Shown here: positions 10,075-18,652 of the stretch, one piece after another | How positions within the stretch are numbered: position 1 is the stretch's first letter | Layout of the letters: each line of letters begins with the position of its first letter | DNA from: Spirochaetota bacterium | Lineage (GTDB): Bacteria; Spirochaetota; UBA4802; UBA5550 | Direction of reading: 5' to 3' | NCBI GenBank assembly: GCA_050298055.1 | Contig: JBNKTL010000060.1 | Coordinates: forward strand, 1-23,795 | Length of the DNA: 23,795 nucleotides | Notes under the pieces: model-generated | Databases searched by the model: none | Told to the model about the DNA's origin: nothing | The model's input: the letters and a program-made list of their open reading frames with translations, nothing else | Made by a program: the position numbers and the translations under genes

Positions 10075-10662
10075 ATGAATTTTAAAATCATGTATGTTTT
10101 TTTATCGATATTTTTACTTTTTATGGTATTTGCATCCGACGAGGTGTCAGCAAGGAGCTATGGGAACTCTTCTCAATACAGGGTCCCTTCCCGGGAAATA
10201 ATTATATCACCTTACGGGGGATTTATTTTTGCTAAAGATCTCTATACTGTTAATCTCGAAGATCAATCGGGCTTCGGCGGCGGTATAAATATGAGAACTC
10301 AGCTTTATAAAAATTTCGGGTATATGGTTGATGTTTTTATTCCCTCTCTTAAGATCATTGAGGAACAAAATATTGATGAAAATGGAGAACCGGGTCCCAA
10401 GTTTGTAGCTATCTATACAGGGGGATTTTATTATAGTATCCCTAACTGGAAATTTGATTTATCCTATGGGGCAATTTCTTCAGGAGTCAATATCATGACA
10501 ATTTTTGTACCCGGTGTTGAATATAACAGAAAAATTTCCCGGAGAATATCTTTTTTCACGAGAGTTGGCTACTTAATTACCAATGACTGGTTTTCGGATA
10601 TGGGTTACGAAGAAAATTATACTTCATTCATGGCATCGGTTGGTTTATCCGTACTCTTTTAA
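10075..10662 (+). CDS. Putative small outer-membrane beta-barrel protein, paralogue A
   Basis: GGAGGAG upstream of ATG 10075; signal peptide; alternating Gly/aromatic strands; C-terminal Phe (VGLSVLF). Confidence 0.75.
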   Translation: MNFKIMYVFLSIFLLFMVFASDEVSARSYGNSSQYRVPSREIIISPYGGFIFAKDLYTVNLEDQSGFGGGINMRTQLYKNFGYMVDVFIPSLKIIEEQNIDENGEPGPKFVAIYTGGFYYSIPNWKFDLSYGAISSGVNIMTIFVPGVEYNRKISRRISFFTRVGYLITNDWFSDMGYEENYTSFMASVGLSVLF

Positions 10663-10790
10663 TGGTATAAGCATATTTAATTATAGACGCTGGAAAATAT
10701 TTATAAAGAATGAAATCTTTTGGAATCAAAGAGTAAAATCATGCCGCTTTTCTCAAAGCGGACGGATAAAAGAGGAGAGGGGAAGAATTA

Positions 10791-11384
10791 ATGAATGTTA
10801 AAGTCATGTCTGTTTTTTTATCATTTTTTTTCCTTTTTATGTTATTTACGTCTGATGTGGAATCAGCCGGGAGAATAGCGAAAGGGAACTCCACTCAATA
10901 CAGGGCTCCTTCCCGGGAAATAATTATATCACCTTATGGGGGATTTATTTACGCGAAAGATCTCTATACTGTTAATCTTGAAGATCAATCGGGATTTGGA
11001 GGTGGTATAAATATCAGAACACAGATTTACAAAAACTTCGGGTATATGGTTGATATTTTTATTCCCTCCCTTGACATTATTGAAGAAGAAAATCTTACTG
11101 ATGACTGGGAACAGGGAACGGAATTTGTCGCTATCTACACAGGAGGATTCTATTATAGTATCCCTAACTGGAAATTCGATTTATCCTATGGAGCGATTTC
11201 TTCAGGTGTCAGTATCATGACGATTTTTATACCCGGTGTTGAATATAATAGAAATATTTTGCAAAGAGTGTCTTTTTTCTCTAAGCTTGGTTATTTAATC
11301 ACCAATGACTGGTTTTCGGATTCGGGGTATGAAGAACATTATACGTCATTTATGCTTTCTGTGGGTTTATCCATAGTATTCTAA
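10791..11384 (+). CDS. Putative small outer-membrane beta-barrel protein, paralogue B
   Basis: Purine-rich RBS; signal peptide; about 82% identical to paralogue A over the last 162 aa (hand alignment); ends VGLSIVF. Confidence 0.75.
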   Translation: MNVKVMSVFLSFFFLFMLFTSDVESAGRIAKGNSTQYRAPSREIIISPYGGFIYAKDLYTVNLEDQSGFGGGINIRTQIYKNFGYMVDIFIPSLDIIEEENLTDDWEQGTEFVAIYTGGFYYSIPNWKFDLSYGAISSGVSIMTIFIPGVEYNRNILQRVSFFSKLGYLITNDWFSDSGYEEHYTSFMLSVGLSIVF

Positions 11385-11454
11385 CAGTATAAACAGATGT
11401 AATTACACCGGCTATGTATAAGAATAATTAAATTTAACAAAAAAAATATAATTG

Positions 11455-11487
11455 ATATGTTCCCGCCGTCCAAGGCGGGGGACATAT
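11455..11487 (+). terminator. Hairpin downstream of OMP pair, probable intrinsic terminator
   Basis: ATATGTTCCCGCC-GTCCAA-GGCGGGGGACATAT, long stem with one bulge, 70 nt after stop. Confidence 0.55.
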
Positions 11488-11685
11488 TGGTGGTATTTTC
11501 GGTAAAGATGAAGTTTTATTTATATATTAGATTTATTTCTGAAAAATGAGATCACATATAAGAGCTCTTCTGACGGTTCATTCCACAATTTTTCGGTCAG
11601 TTCCCTGGAAATCAGTTATGTTTTTTGATCCTCAGCTTGAGTCGTTATGAGAATTGTCCCATTTCGCAATAAAGATGTTGATATT

Positions 11686-11706
11686 TTGTCACGACTCAGC
11701 TATATG
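11686..11706 (-). repeat. Right copy of 21-bp inverted repeat (TTGTCACGACTCAGCTATATG)
   Basis: Reverse complement CATATAGCTGAGTCGTGACAA matches 9956-9976 at 19/21. Confidence 0.75.
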
Positions 11707-11764
11707 ACAAAAAAATCTGTATTTATAAGAAATATCCAGTGACCATAAAGGTTTTATCAAAATC

Positions 11765-13717
11765 ATGAGCAAAAAAATTGATCTTATAAAAAATATTGAG
11801 ATGTTTTCCGGGCTGACAAAAAAGGAGCTTGCTGAGTTTTCGAAGCTGTGCAAATACGCTGATTACAGAAAAAATTCATATGTCTTTAAAAAAGGAGAAA
11901 AGAGCAGTTCCTTTTTCATCGTCGCCGAAGGGGAGATAACTATTCTCGATAAAGGTTCAGATAAAGATGAACAGATCCTTGCCAACTTCATCCCGGGAGA
12001 AATTTTCGGGGAATTTGACCTCTTTGAAAATGACAGGCGGACTGCACATGCAATTGCCGGCAAAAAAACACGGCTCCTGGTGTTTCCTGCAGGTGAAGAA
12101 GATATCGATATCATTTTCAGGAAAAACCCCGGAATATTCGCGAAAATCTGCTACAGCCTGATTACCATTAATGCAGGAAGAATAAGGCACACAAATAAAC
12201 TGGTGACAGAGAAAACATCCTGGATAGAAGACCTTAAAGAACGGATGCTCAAGGATAAATTGACCGGTTTTTATAACAAATCATACCTGGATGAGGAACT
12301 TCCCTCCCTCCTTGCAGACAGGAAAGAACAGCTGAGCCTTCTGGTTGTAAAACCCGATGATTTTAAAACCATTAATGATACCTTCGGGCATGAAGCAGGT
12401 GATAAAGCCCTCATAGAAATATCTGAGACTGTGAGGTCCAGACTGAATGACAAGGGCATCCCGGTGAGGTTCAGGGGCAATGAGTTTATTGTTCTCTACA
12501 TGAATACGCCCCTTCAGGAAGCGTTAAAAAAAGCGGAAGAACTTCATGAAACCCTCAGCAGTATTGATATTGGAATGATCATCGGTGATAAAAATCTCCG
12601 CCTGACCTACAGCTTCGGACTGGCGGTTTATCCGGACAATTCGGACACTATTGATGAGCTCATTGAACTGGCATATTCACGAATGTTCAAGCAGAGAGAC
12701 AAGGGGGGCAACGGGATCCAGTATGTTGATGATATTGACAACAGCAGCCTGGATTTTCTCAAAACCGTAAAAGCATTTTCGTCTCTGCACCTTTCGGAAC
12801 TGAAATCCATATCCGGTTTTATCGAGCCCCTGAATATATCAGAGGGGGAGGCCCTCTGCAGTGAGGGGGATGAAGGCCAGGAAATGTTTATCATTGAGAC
12901 AGGGAAAACCGAAGTCACTATACAGATGCAGGACGGGTCCGCGAAAAAGCTTACCGAATTCACAGCCGGTGACTTTTTCGGAGAAATGGCCATTTTCGAG
13001 GATGCGAAGAGGTCGGCCACATGTACGGCCCTTGAAGAGAGCAGGGTCCTCAGGCTGAATAAAAGCGATTTTCATAAATTTATGAAGAAGTCCCCCTTTG
13101 CAGCCATTAAAATTATGAGAGAAATGCTGGATATCACTTCCCACAGGCTGACAAATACCAGTCGGTTTGTTTCGGAAATGGTGAGATGGGGGGAGGAAGC
13201 CAGTAAGAGGGCCATCACAGATGAGCTCTCCGGTCTCTACAACAGAAGGTATCTGGACACATCACTTGAGGAAGAGTTTCACAAAACGGAAAAAAATAAA
13301 ACACCTCTTTCTCTTATCATGGTAGACTTGGATTTTTTCAGGGAAGTCAACGAGCAGTACAGCCATGAAATTGGTGATGAATATATTGTGGAAGTCTCAA
13401 AGGTCTTTAAGAAGCATTTCAGAAATACTGATATTATCTCCCGTTACGGAGGAGATGAGTTTACCATTATCCTTCCGAATACCGGCTTAAAGGACGCGTA
13501 TGATGTGGCGGAAAATATCAGGAAAAATGTTGAAAAAATTGATTTCCTGAAAAAGTATAAGGGGCCTGATATTAAACTCTCAACAAGCCAGGGAATTGCC
13601 GCTTTTCCCGAAAATACCGCAGACCTGAAAGGTCTGAAAGAACTGGCTGATAAGGCCCTCTACAGGGCAAAGGAGACGGGAAGAAACAGGGTCGTCTGCT
13701 GGGAGGACGAAGCCTGA
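11765..13717 (+). CDS. Cyclic-nucleotide-binding diguanylate cyclase: cNMP - degenerate GGDEF - cNMP - GGDEF
   Basis: cNMP cassettes FGEFDLF..RRTA and FGEMAIF..KRSA; first GGDEF reads RFRGNEF; second has DELSGLYNRR, DLDFF, RNTD, RYGGDEF, ADKALYRAKETGRNRV. Confidence 0.93.
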   Translation: MSKKIDLIKNIEMFSGLTKKELAEFSKLCKYADYRKNSYVFKKGEKSSSFFIVAEGEITILDKGSDKDEQILANFIPGEIFGEFDLFENDRRTAHAIAGKKTRLLVFPAGEEDIDIIFRKNPGIFAKICYSLITINAGRIRHTNKLVTEKTSWIEDLKERMLKDKLTGFYNKSYLDEELPSLLADRKEQLSLLVVKPDDFKTINDTFGHEAGDKALIEISETVRSRLNDKGIPVRFRGNEFIVLYMNTPLQEALKKAEELHETLSSIDIGMIIGDKNLRLTYSFGLAVYPDNSDTIDELIELAYSRMFKQRDKGGNGIQYVDDIDNSSLDFLKTVKAFSSLHLSELKSISGFIEPLNISEGEALCSEGDEGQEMFIIETGKTEVTIQMQDGSAKKLTEFTAGDFFGEMAIFEDAKRSATCTALEESRVLRLNKSDFHKFMKKSPFAAIKIMREMLDITSHRLTNTSRFVSEMVRWGEEASKRAITDELSGLYNRRYLDTSLEEEFHKTEKNKTPLSLIMVDLDFFREVNEQYSHEIGDEYIVEVSKVFKKHFRNTDIISRYGGDEFTIILPNTGLKDAYDVAENIRKNVEKIDFLKKYKGPDIKLSTSQGIAAFPENTADLKGLKELADKALYRAKETGRNRVVCWEDEA

Positions 13718-13730
13718 TCCGCAACAGTCC

Positions 13731-14504
13731 ATGAATTTATTCCTCAGCCAAAGGGAAATAACCAGGCTGGCAGCGGGGATAATACTCTTTATTATTTCCT
13801 GCATACTCCATAAGCTGGCACAGGGGTATGTCTCGCGTCTCCTGGGAGATGATACCGCCGGACAACAGGGCCGCATGACCCCGGACCCCACGCAGCATAC
13901 GGATATATTCGGATCAATAATCTTTCCCTTTGCCGGGGCACTGTCAGGCCTTCCTGCTTTCGGATGGATGAAACCCGTACCGGTAAACCCTGAAAATTTT
14001 AAAAACGCATTTCGCGGGCAGGTCATCACTGCTCTTGCCGGGCCTTCCGCTAATCTCATCCAAGCGGTTTTCGGTTATTTGCTTACAAAGGTCTTTCTCT
14101 TAACCCCCTCTGGGTTATTTACTGACAGTGCGTATGAGATAATATTCAGGTATACATTTATCTATGCTGAAATAAACTTTATTCTCTTTCTCTTCAACCT
14201 TCTCCCCCTGCCGCCCCTGGATGGCGGCCGGATCCTGAAGCTGATGCTGCCGTCCGGTCTTCAAAGAAAATTCGATTTAGTTGAGAAATATGGATGGGTC
14301 CTTTTATTTGTCCTCTTATTAGGAGGATTTTTCAAATACCTTTATGTTCCTGTTCACCATTTTGTTGAAATCGTTTTCGGATATATTCACCATACATCTG
14401 TTTTCACAATACTCACTCTCCTTGTTGCCGGGATAGCGGTCCCTTACCTGTTCATGAGAAGGGGGACGAGGAGCCTGGCAAATGATGAAAGCAGTAATAA
14501 TTAA
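13731..14504 (+). CDS. Site-2 protease (M50) family membrane protein with degenerate HExxH
   Basis: LLGDDT, FGWMKPVPVNP, ALAGPSANL, FNLLPLPPLDGGRI; HExxH position reads HKLAQ. Confidence 0.88.
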   Translation: MNLFLSQREITRLAAGIILFIISCILHKLAQGYVSRLLGDDTAGQQGRMTPDPTQHTDIFGSIIFPFAGALSGLPAFGWMKPVPVNPENFKNAFRGQVITALAGPSANLIQAVFGYLLTKVFLLTPSGLFTDSAYEIIFRYTFIYAEINFILFLFNLLPLPPLDGGRILKLMLPSGLQRKFDLVEKYGWVLLFVLLLGGFFKYLYVPVHHFVEIVFGYIHHTSVFTILTLLVAGIAVPYLFMRRGTRSLANDESSNN

Positions 14505-14516
14505 TCGTCTCTTCTT

Positions 14517-14867
14517 TTAATCGGGTTTGATCATGGGGCCCAGTGATTCCCTGCCGCCAAAAATGTGGATATGCATATGGTCGACCTCCTGGTGGGCGGC
14601 CTTCCCGTTGTTCATGAGGACCCTGTAACCGCTTTCATCAACCCCCTTTATCCGGGCGACTTCCCTTACTGCAAGAAAAAGGTCTGCCATGATATCCGCG
14701 TTGCCGCTGTTAATATCGTTAACGTTCACCAGGTGTTCTTTGGGAACGACAAGCGTATGGACCGGTGTCCGGGGATTGATATCATCAAAGGCCACGACTT
14801 TCCCGTTCTCATAGACTTTTGCGGCAGGTATTTCACCTGCAATTATTTTACAGAAAATACACTCCAT
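14517..14867 (-). CDS. hinT: Histidine triad (HIT) nucleotide-binding protein
   Basis: CIFCKIIAGEIP, AFDDINP, HTLVVPKEH, HMHIHIFGGR; AGGAGGAG RBS. Confidence 0.95.
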   Translation of the reverse strand: MECIFCKIIAGEIPAAKVYENGKVVAFDDINPRTPVHTLVVPKEHLVNVNDINSGNADIMADLFLAVREVARIKGVDESGYRVLMNNGKAAHQEVDHMHIHIFGGRESLGPMIKPD

Positions 14868-14964
14868 CTTCTCCTCCTGATTGATGATATGATATCTTTA
14901 AACCTGTATTCGGAAGCGTCAAGAATTAATCCATAAGACCTGCCGGCTCTTTCCATTTTTACTA

Positions 14965-14993
14965 TTGACTTCGCTGTACGGGTTAATCATATT
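14965..14993 (+). promoter_or_regulatory. Possible sigma70 promoter for the radical SAM gene
   Basis: TTGACT-17 nt-CATATT; implies the track's TTG at 14965 is a -35 box and not the start codon. Confidence 0.4.
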
Positions 14994-15027
14994 ACATTTA
15001 TTCATTACGCATGACGGTTTAATAAGA

Positions 15028-16155
15028 TTGGTAACTGTTAAAGACATTAAAGCTGCTATTTTCAGGAAAATTGATTCGCATAAAACAGCGGTAAAAAATA
15101 TCCTGTCAGTTCCCGGTATAAAGCAGCTGGTCTATAAGGATGACTCTGAGCTGTCCGGCATCATCCGGGATCTCAGGGAGGAGGGCTTCAGGTCAAAAGA
15201 GGTCATTATATTCAGGGAGTTCAAAGGCCGGATATTTCAGAGCTGTCCCGGTTCACGGAATGTTATCTGCTGCAATTATTATCTTCTCAATACAAGCTTC
15301 GACTGTCTCTACAACTGTACATACTGTTTTCTTAATTCATACCTCAACTCTTTCGGAATCGTTCACTTTATCAATATTTTTGATGCCCTGGATGAGATCG
15401 ATTTTGACTCCCTGGCAGAAGAGAAGGGAAAAATCTACAGGATCGGGACAGGGGAGTATACCGATTCGCTGATGATGGATGAAGCCACAGGATTTTCCCG
15501 GGAGCTTATTGAAAGGCTTCTCCCTTATAAAAATGTCATGCTTGAACTCAAAACGAAGTCGTCAAATATCGACCACCTCCTTGACATCGGTGAGAAGGGG
15601 AACGCCGTAGTGTCATGGAGCCTCAATACCGGTCGTTATATCGGACTTTACGAGGAGGGCACCGCGGGACTCAGTGAGAGAATTGGCGCTGCCGCCAGGG
15701 CACAGGACGCGGGATTCCTCCTCGGATTTCACTTTGATCCGATCATTCTCGGGGAGGGGGATTTTCAGGAGTACCTTGAAGTTGTTGATGCGCTCATGGG
15801 GAGTGTTGACGGTGAAAGAATCGCCTGGATATCCCTGGGATGCTTCAGGTACAGTCCCGGCTTTAAATCGATTATATCTGAAAATTTTCCCGGTGAAAAA
15901 CTTACCCTGGGAGAGATGTTCCCCGGTGTGGACGGGAAGTTCAGGTACCTGAGAAAGAGAAGGGTGGAGGCCTACAGGTCGATGAAAGAAAGGATCCGGT
16001 CATATTCAAAAACACCCTTTGTTTATCTCTGCATGGAGACGGACGATGTCTGGGAAGAGGTCTTCGGCTGGAGGCCGGGATCATCGGAAGAGCTTGAAGA
16101 GGCCTTTACCCGGCATCTTAAAAAAAGTTTTTCCTTCCCGCGAAAAATTTATTGA
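15028..16155 (+). CDS. Spore photoproduct lyase (SplB)-like radical SAM protein; start uncertain (frame open from 14965)
   Basis: CLYNCTYCFL (CxxxCxxC), GEYTDSL, ELKTKS, SWSLN, FHFDPI, YLCME. Confidence 0.85.
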   Translation: MVTVKDIKAAIFRKIDSHKTAVKNILSVPGIKQLVYKDDSELSGIIRDLREEGFRSKEVIIFREFKGRIFQSCPGSRNVICCNYYLLNTSFDCLYNCTYCFLNSYLNSFGIVHFINIFDALDEIDFDSLAEEKGKIYRIGTGEYTDSLMMDEATGFSRELIERLLPYKNVMLELKTKSSNIDHLLDIGEKGNAVVSWSLNTGRYIGLYEEGTAGLSERIGAAARAQDAGFLLGFHFDPIILGEGDFQEYLEVVDALMGSVDGERIAWISLGCFRYSPGFKSIISENFPGEKLTLGEMFPGVDGKFRYLRKRRVEAYRSMKERIRSYSKTPFVYLCMETDDVWEEVFGWRPGSSEELEEAFTRHLKKSFSFPRKIY

Positions 16156-16200
16156 AAGAGCCCCTCTCTGGATGATATATTCATTTATGAGAGTAAAAAT

Positions 16201-17583
16201 ATGAAAGAGAATTTCCTACAACTCTTACGGACCAGGATATTCTTCAAATCCCTTGCGTCTTATGCCATCCTTCTCCTCCTGAATATCAGTCTGCAGATTA
16301 TCATTATACTTTATAATCAATCCGGTCTTGCCGGCAAGGTGGAAATCCAGGACCTCTATCTTGAAAACCTTAAATTCAGGAAGTTTCTCTCCAGTAAAGC
16401 GGAAGAAATGAAAATTTCAGGTGATGACAGAGACCGGGTCATTCAATTGATTAAAAAGTCAGGCATGAGTATGAAATCCGGAACCTGTGAATTATCTCTT
16501 TTCGATGCTAACGGCCGTTTGCTCATGAAAAAGGATTATGGGAATCCCTTATGCTCTGCGGAAGAAAGTGAAAGCTCTTCCCTTGATGACAAAAGAATGG
16601 CCCTCAAACTGATCTTTAAATATAGAATCGACAGAACCGGATCTCTCTATAATATCAAATCAGAGTCTCTCATGAACAGCTTTCTGATATTTCAACCCGG
16701 CGGTAATATCTATGTTTTGAAAACATCCAGACAGCTCCGGGAGATGAGAAGGCTTTCACGTGTTCTCTTTTTCCAGGTCCTGGTGGTATTCTTCATCTCA
16801 CTGGTTATTCACTCCCTGTTTACCTACCTGATCTATAAGAATATTATCAGGCCTCTCAAGAACCTTAATGCGATGACAAAAAAGGTCATGGAGGGAGATT
16901 TTACAGGAAAAATTAATTATAAAGGCGGTGATGAAATCGGCGAGCTCTCAAATTCATTCAATGAGATGACAATGGCAATTAATAACCTGAGGAATGAAGC
17001 TCTTGATTCTAATCCTCTCACCGGTCTCCCGGGAAACAATGTGATAATGCGCACTGTAAACCAGTGGCTTGAAAAGGGAAGTGCTTTTGCACTGGCTTAT
17101 GTGGATCTTGATAATTTTAAACCCTTTAATGATAAGTTCGGATTTGAGACCGGTGATACTGCTATCATTCTTCTGAGTGAGGTCCTTAAGGATATATGCA
17201 AAGAAAATCCCGGTGTTTTTGTTGGTCATACAGGTGGAGATGACTTTGTTTTTCTGTCGGATTATCAGGATTATGAAAAGATCGGGAATAAAGTTATCCA
17301 TGAGTTCTCCCGGAGGTCTGAGCAACTTTACTCTCCCGAAGTCATACAGAGAGGCTACTATATTTCAAAAACACGGAGCGGTGAGATCAAAAAGTTCCGG
17401 CTTCTCAGTATTAGTATCGGTGTGGTAACAAACAACTCAAGGAAATTCGCATCATACTCAGAGATCGTCCAGGAAGTCACAAAGATGAAAAAATATGCGA
17501 AAAATTTTGAAGGGAATACATTAACCCCGGGAATGTTTTCCCCCGGAAACAGGAAGGGTTCCAGGGCGGAGGTTCCGATATGA
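16201..17583 (+). CDS. Membrane-bound HAMP-GGDEF protein (GGDDF variant)
   Basis: Two TM helices flanking an extracytoplasmic domain; HAMP (IIRPLKNL..DEIGELSNSFNEM); NPLTGLPGN, DLDNFKPFND, GHTGGDDF. Confidence 0.9.
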   Translation: MKENFLQLLRTRIFFKSLASYAILLLLNISLQIIIILYNQSGLAGKVEIQDLYLENLKFRKFLSSKAEEMKISGDDRDRVIQLIKKSGMSMKSGTCELSLFDANGRLLMKKDYGNPLCSAEESESSSLDDKRMALKLIFKYRIDRTGSLYNIKSESLMNSFLIFQPGGNIYVLKTSRQLREMRRLSRVLFFQVLVVFFISLVIHSLFTYLIYKNIIRPLKNLNAMTKKVMEGDFTGKINYKGGDEIGELSNSFNEMTMAINNLRNEALDSNPLTGLPGNNVIMRTVNQWLEKGSAFALAYVDLDNFKPFNDKFGFETGDTAIILLSEVLKDICKENPGVFVGHTGGDDFVFLSDYQDYEKIGNKVIHEFSRRSEQLYSPEVIQRGYYISKTRSGEIKKFRLLSISIGVVTNNSRKFASYSEIVQEVTKMKKYAKNFEGNTLTPGMFSPGNRKGSRAEVPI

Positions 17584-18163
17584 ACAGTTCCGCGGTGCTC
17601 CATGGTTGTTTCAACGAGTAATGCCGCCACCTGGTGTCCGGGAGTGTCCTGCTCTTCGGTTGAGTTAAAAATAGTGTGGTTTACGCCCACACGGTTTCCC
17701 TTTTTGCCGGAACCAGCCGTGTTCCATTTCATCCCCTCTCCGCCGGGAAATGCCAGCGAACCTCCACAGCTGTTCATAGCGATCTTCTCAAGCTCAAGGG
17801 GGTTAAAACCGAATGAATGAAGATAGCTGCCGGCTGTTTTATTACTGGTTGCCGAGGCCAGTGAAAGCCAGCGCATGGGGGGAAGCATCCTGTCGGCTTT
17901 TTTATCCGTACCTCTTCTTTTGCTGACCCGATTCGGAGCCAGAAATGAAGCTCATCCGCAGGGCCGGCTTCTTCATTTTGGAAGGAGTAGCCCTTACATG
18001 ACTGTGCCAGTAACATCACCTGGCAGAGGGATCCTTCCCTGTCCGGAAAATCACAGTTGCCGGGAATGTTGTTCATAAACCGCCGGCAGGGGAGATTGAA
18101 CATAATAATGTCTTCTGAGCCGGTCTTGCGGCTTGATACAAAACTGCGGGGGTTGGTGATCAT
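17358..18163 (-). pseudogene. Unknown gene split over two frames (frameshifted pseudogene, recoded gene, or sequence error)
   Basis: Strong RBS AAGGAGGA 7 nt before ATG 18163; first frame joins the open -1 frame of ORF 17888..17358 around A_AAA_AAG (17903-17897). Confidence 0.5.
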
Positions 18164-18337
18164 CGGGGAATCCTCCTTTAACTTTAGTTAAAAAATGCGG
18201 CCTTGAGAAAATCGACCTTTTCTATTACAGGGACGGGGATATTTCTGAAAAGGATACACAGAATCCGAAATTATTTTTCAAAACCCGAACCCGGATTTTA
18301 TTCATTTTGATTAATGAAGATTATTGAAAAATAAAAT

Positions 18338-18652
18338 GTGAAAGGCAGGATGGCTTTCCCCACAGGTATCTATGCCTGTTCGCCTGATCCAGGTGCAACA
18401 GGCACCGACAGCGTAACCTTCAGTGCCAGTGACAGCGCTTCCATACATAGCTGGAGGTTCGCTTACTACGGCACCACTGAATGGCTCTCATTGCACCGGT
18501 CCGCAACCGGAGCTCAACCGGCAAAGGCCCTTAAAGCAGAAGAAGCGGTAAATGGAAAATGGCTTGATCTCTTCACCCTTTTAACTATCTCCAGAGAACA
18601 AGTATTATCCCGAAAACCGTACAGTTCACCAGATAGTAGAGGCTGTCAATAA
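18338..18652 (+). pseudogene. Possible remnant of an extracellular Ig/cadherin-like repeat protein
   Basis: Segment PDPGATGTDSVTFSASD resembles such repeats; no signal peptide; 3' end runs antisense into the next gene. Confidence 0.2.

Noticed and set aside
11385..11764. Possible c-di-GMP riboswitch or CRISPR array in intergenic DNA
   Set aside because: No riboswitch consensus recognised by eye and no regularly spaced direct repeats
14565..14936. 123-aa plus-strand ORF and the many other short ORFs nested in large genes
   Set aside because: Antisense or off-frame shadows of well-supported genes, with no recognisable motifs
17520..17620. HIGTSALEPFLFPGENIPGV resembles a flavoprotein ATG..PG..GV motif
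   Set aside because: No GxGxxG or other oxidoreductase motif in the rest of the frame
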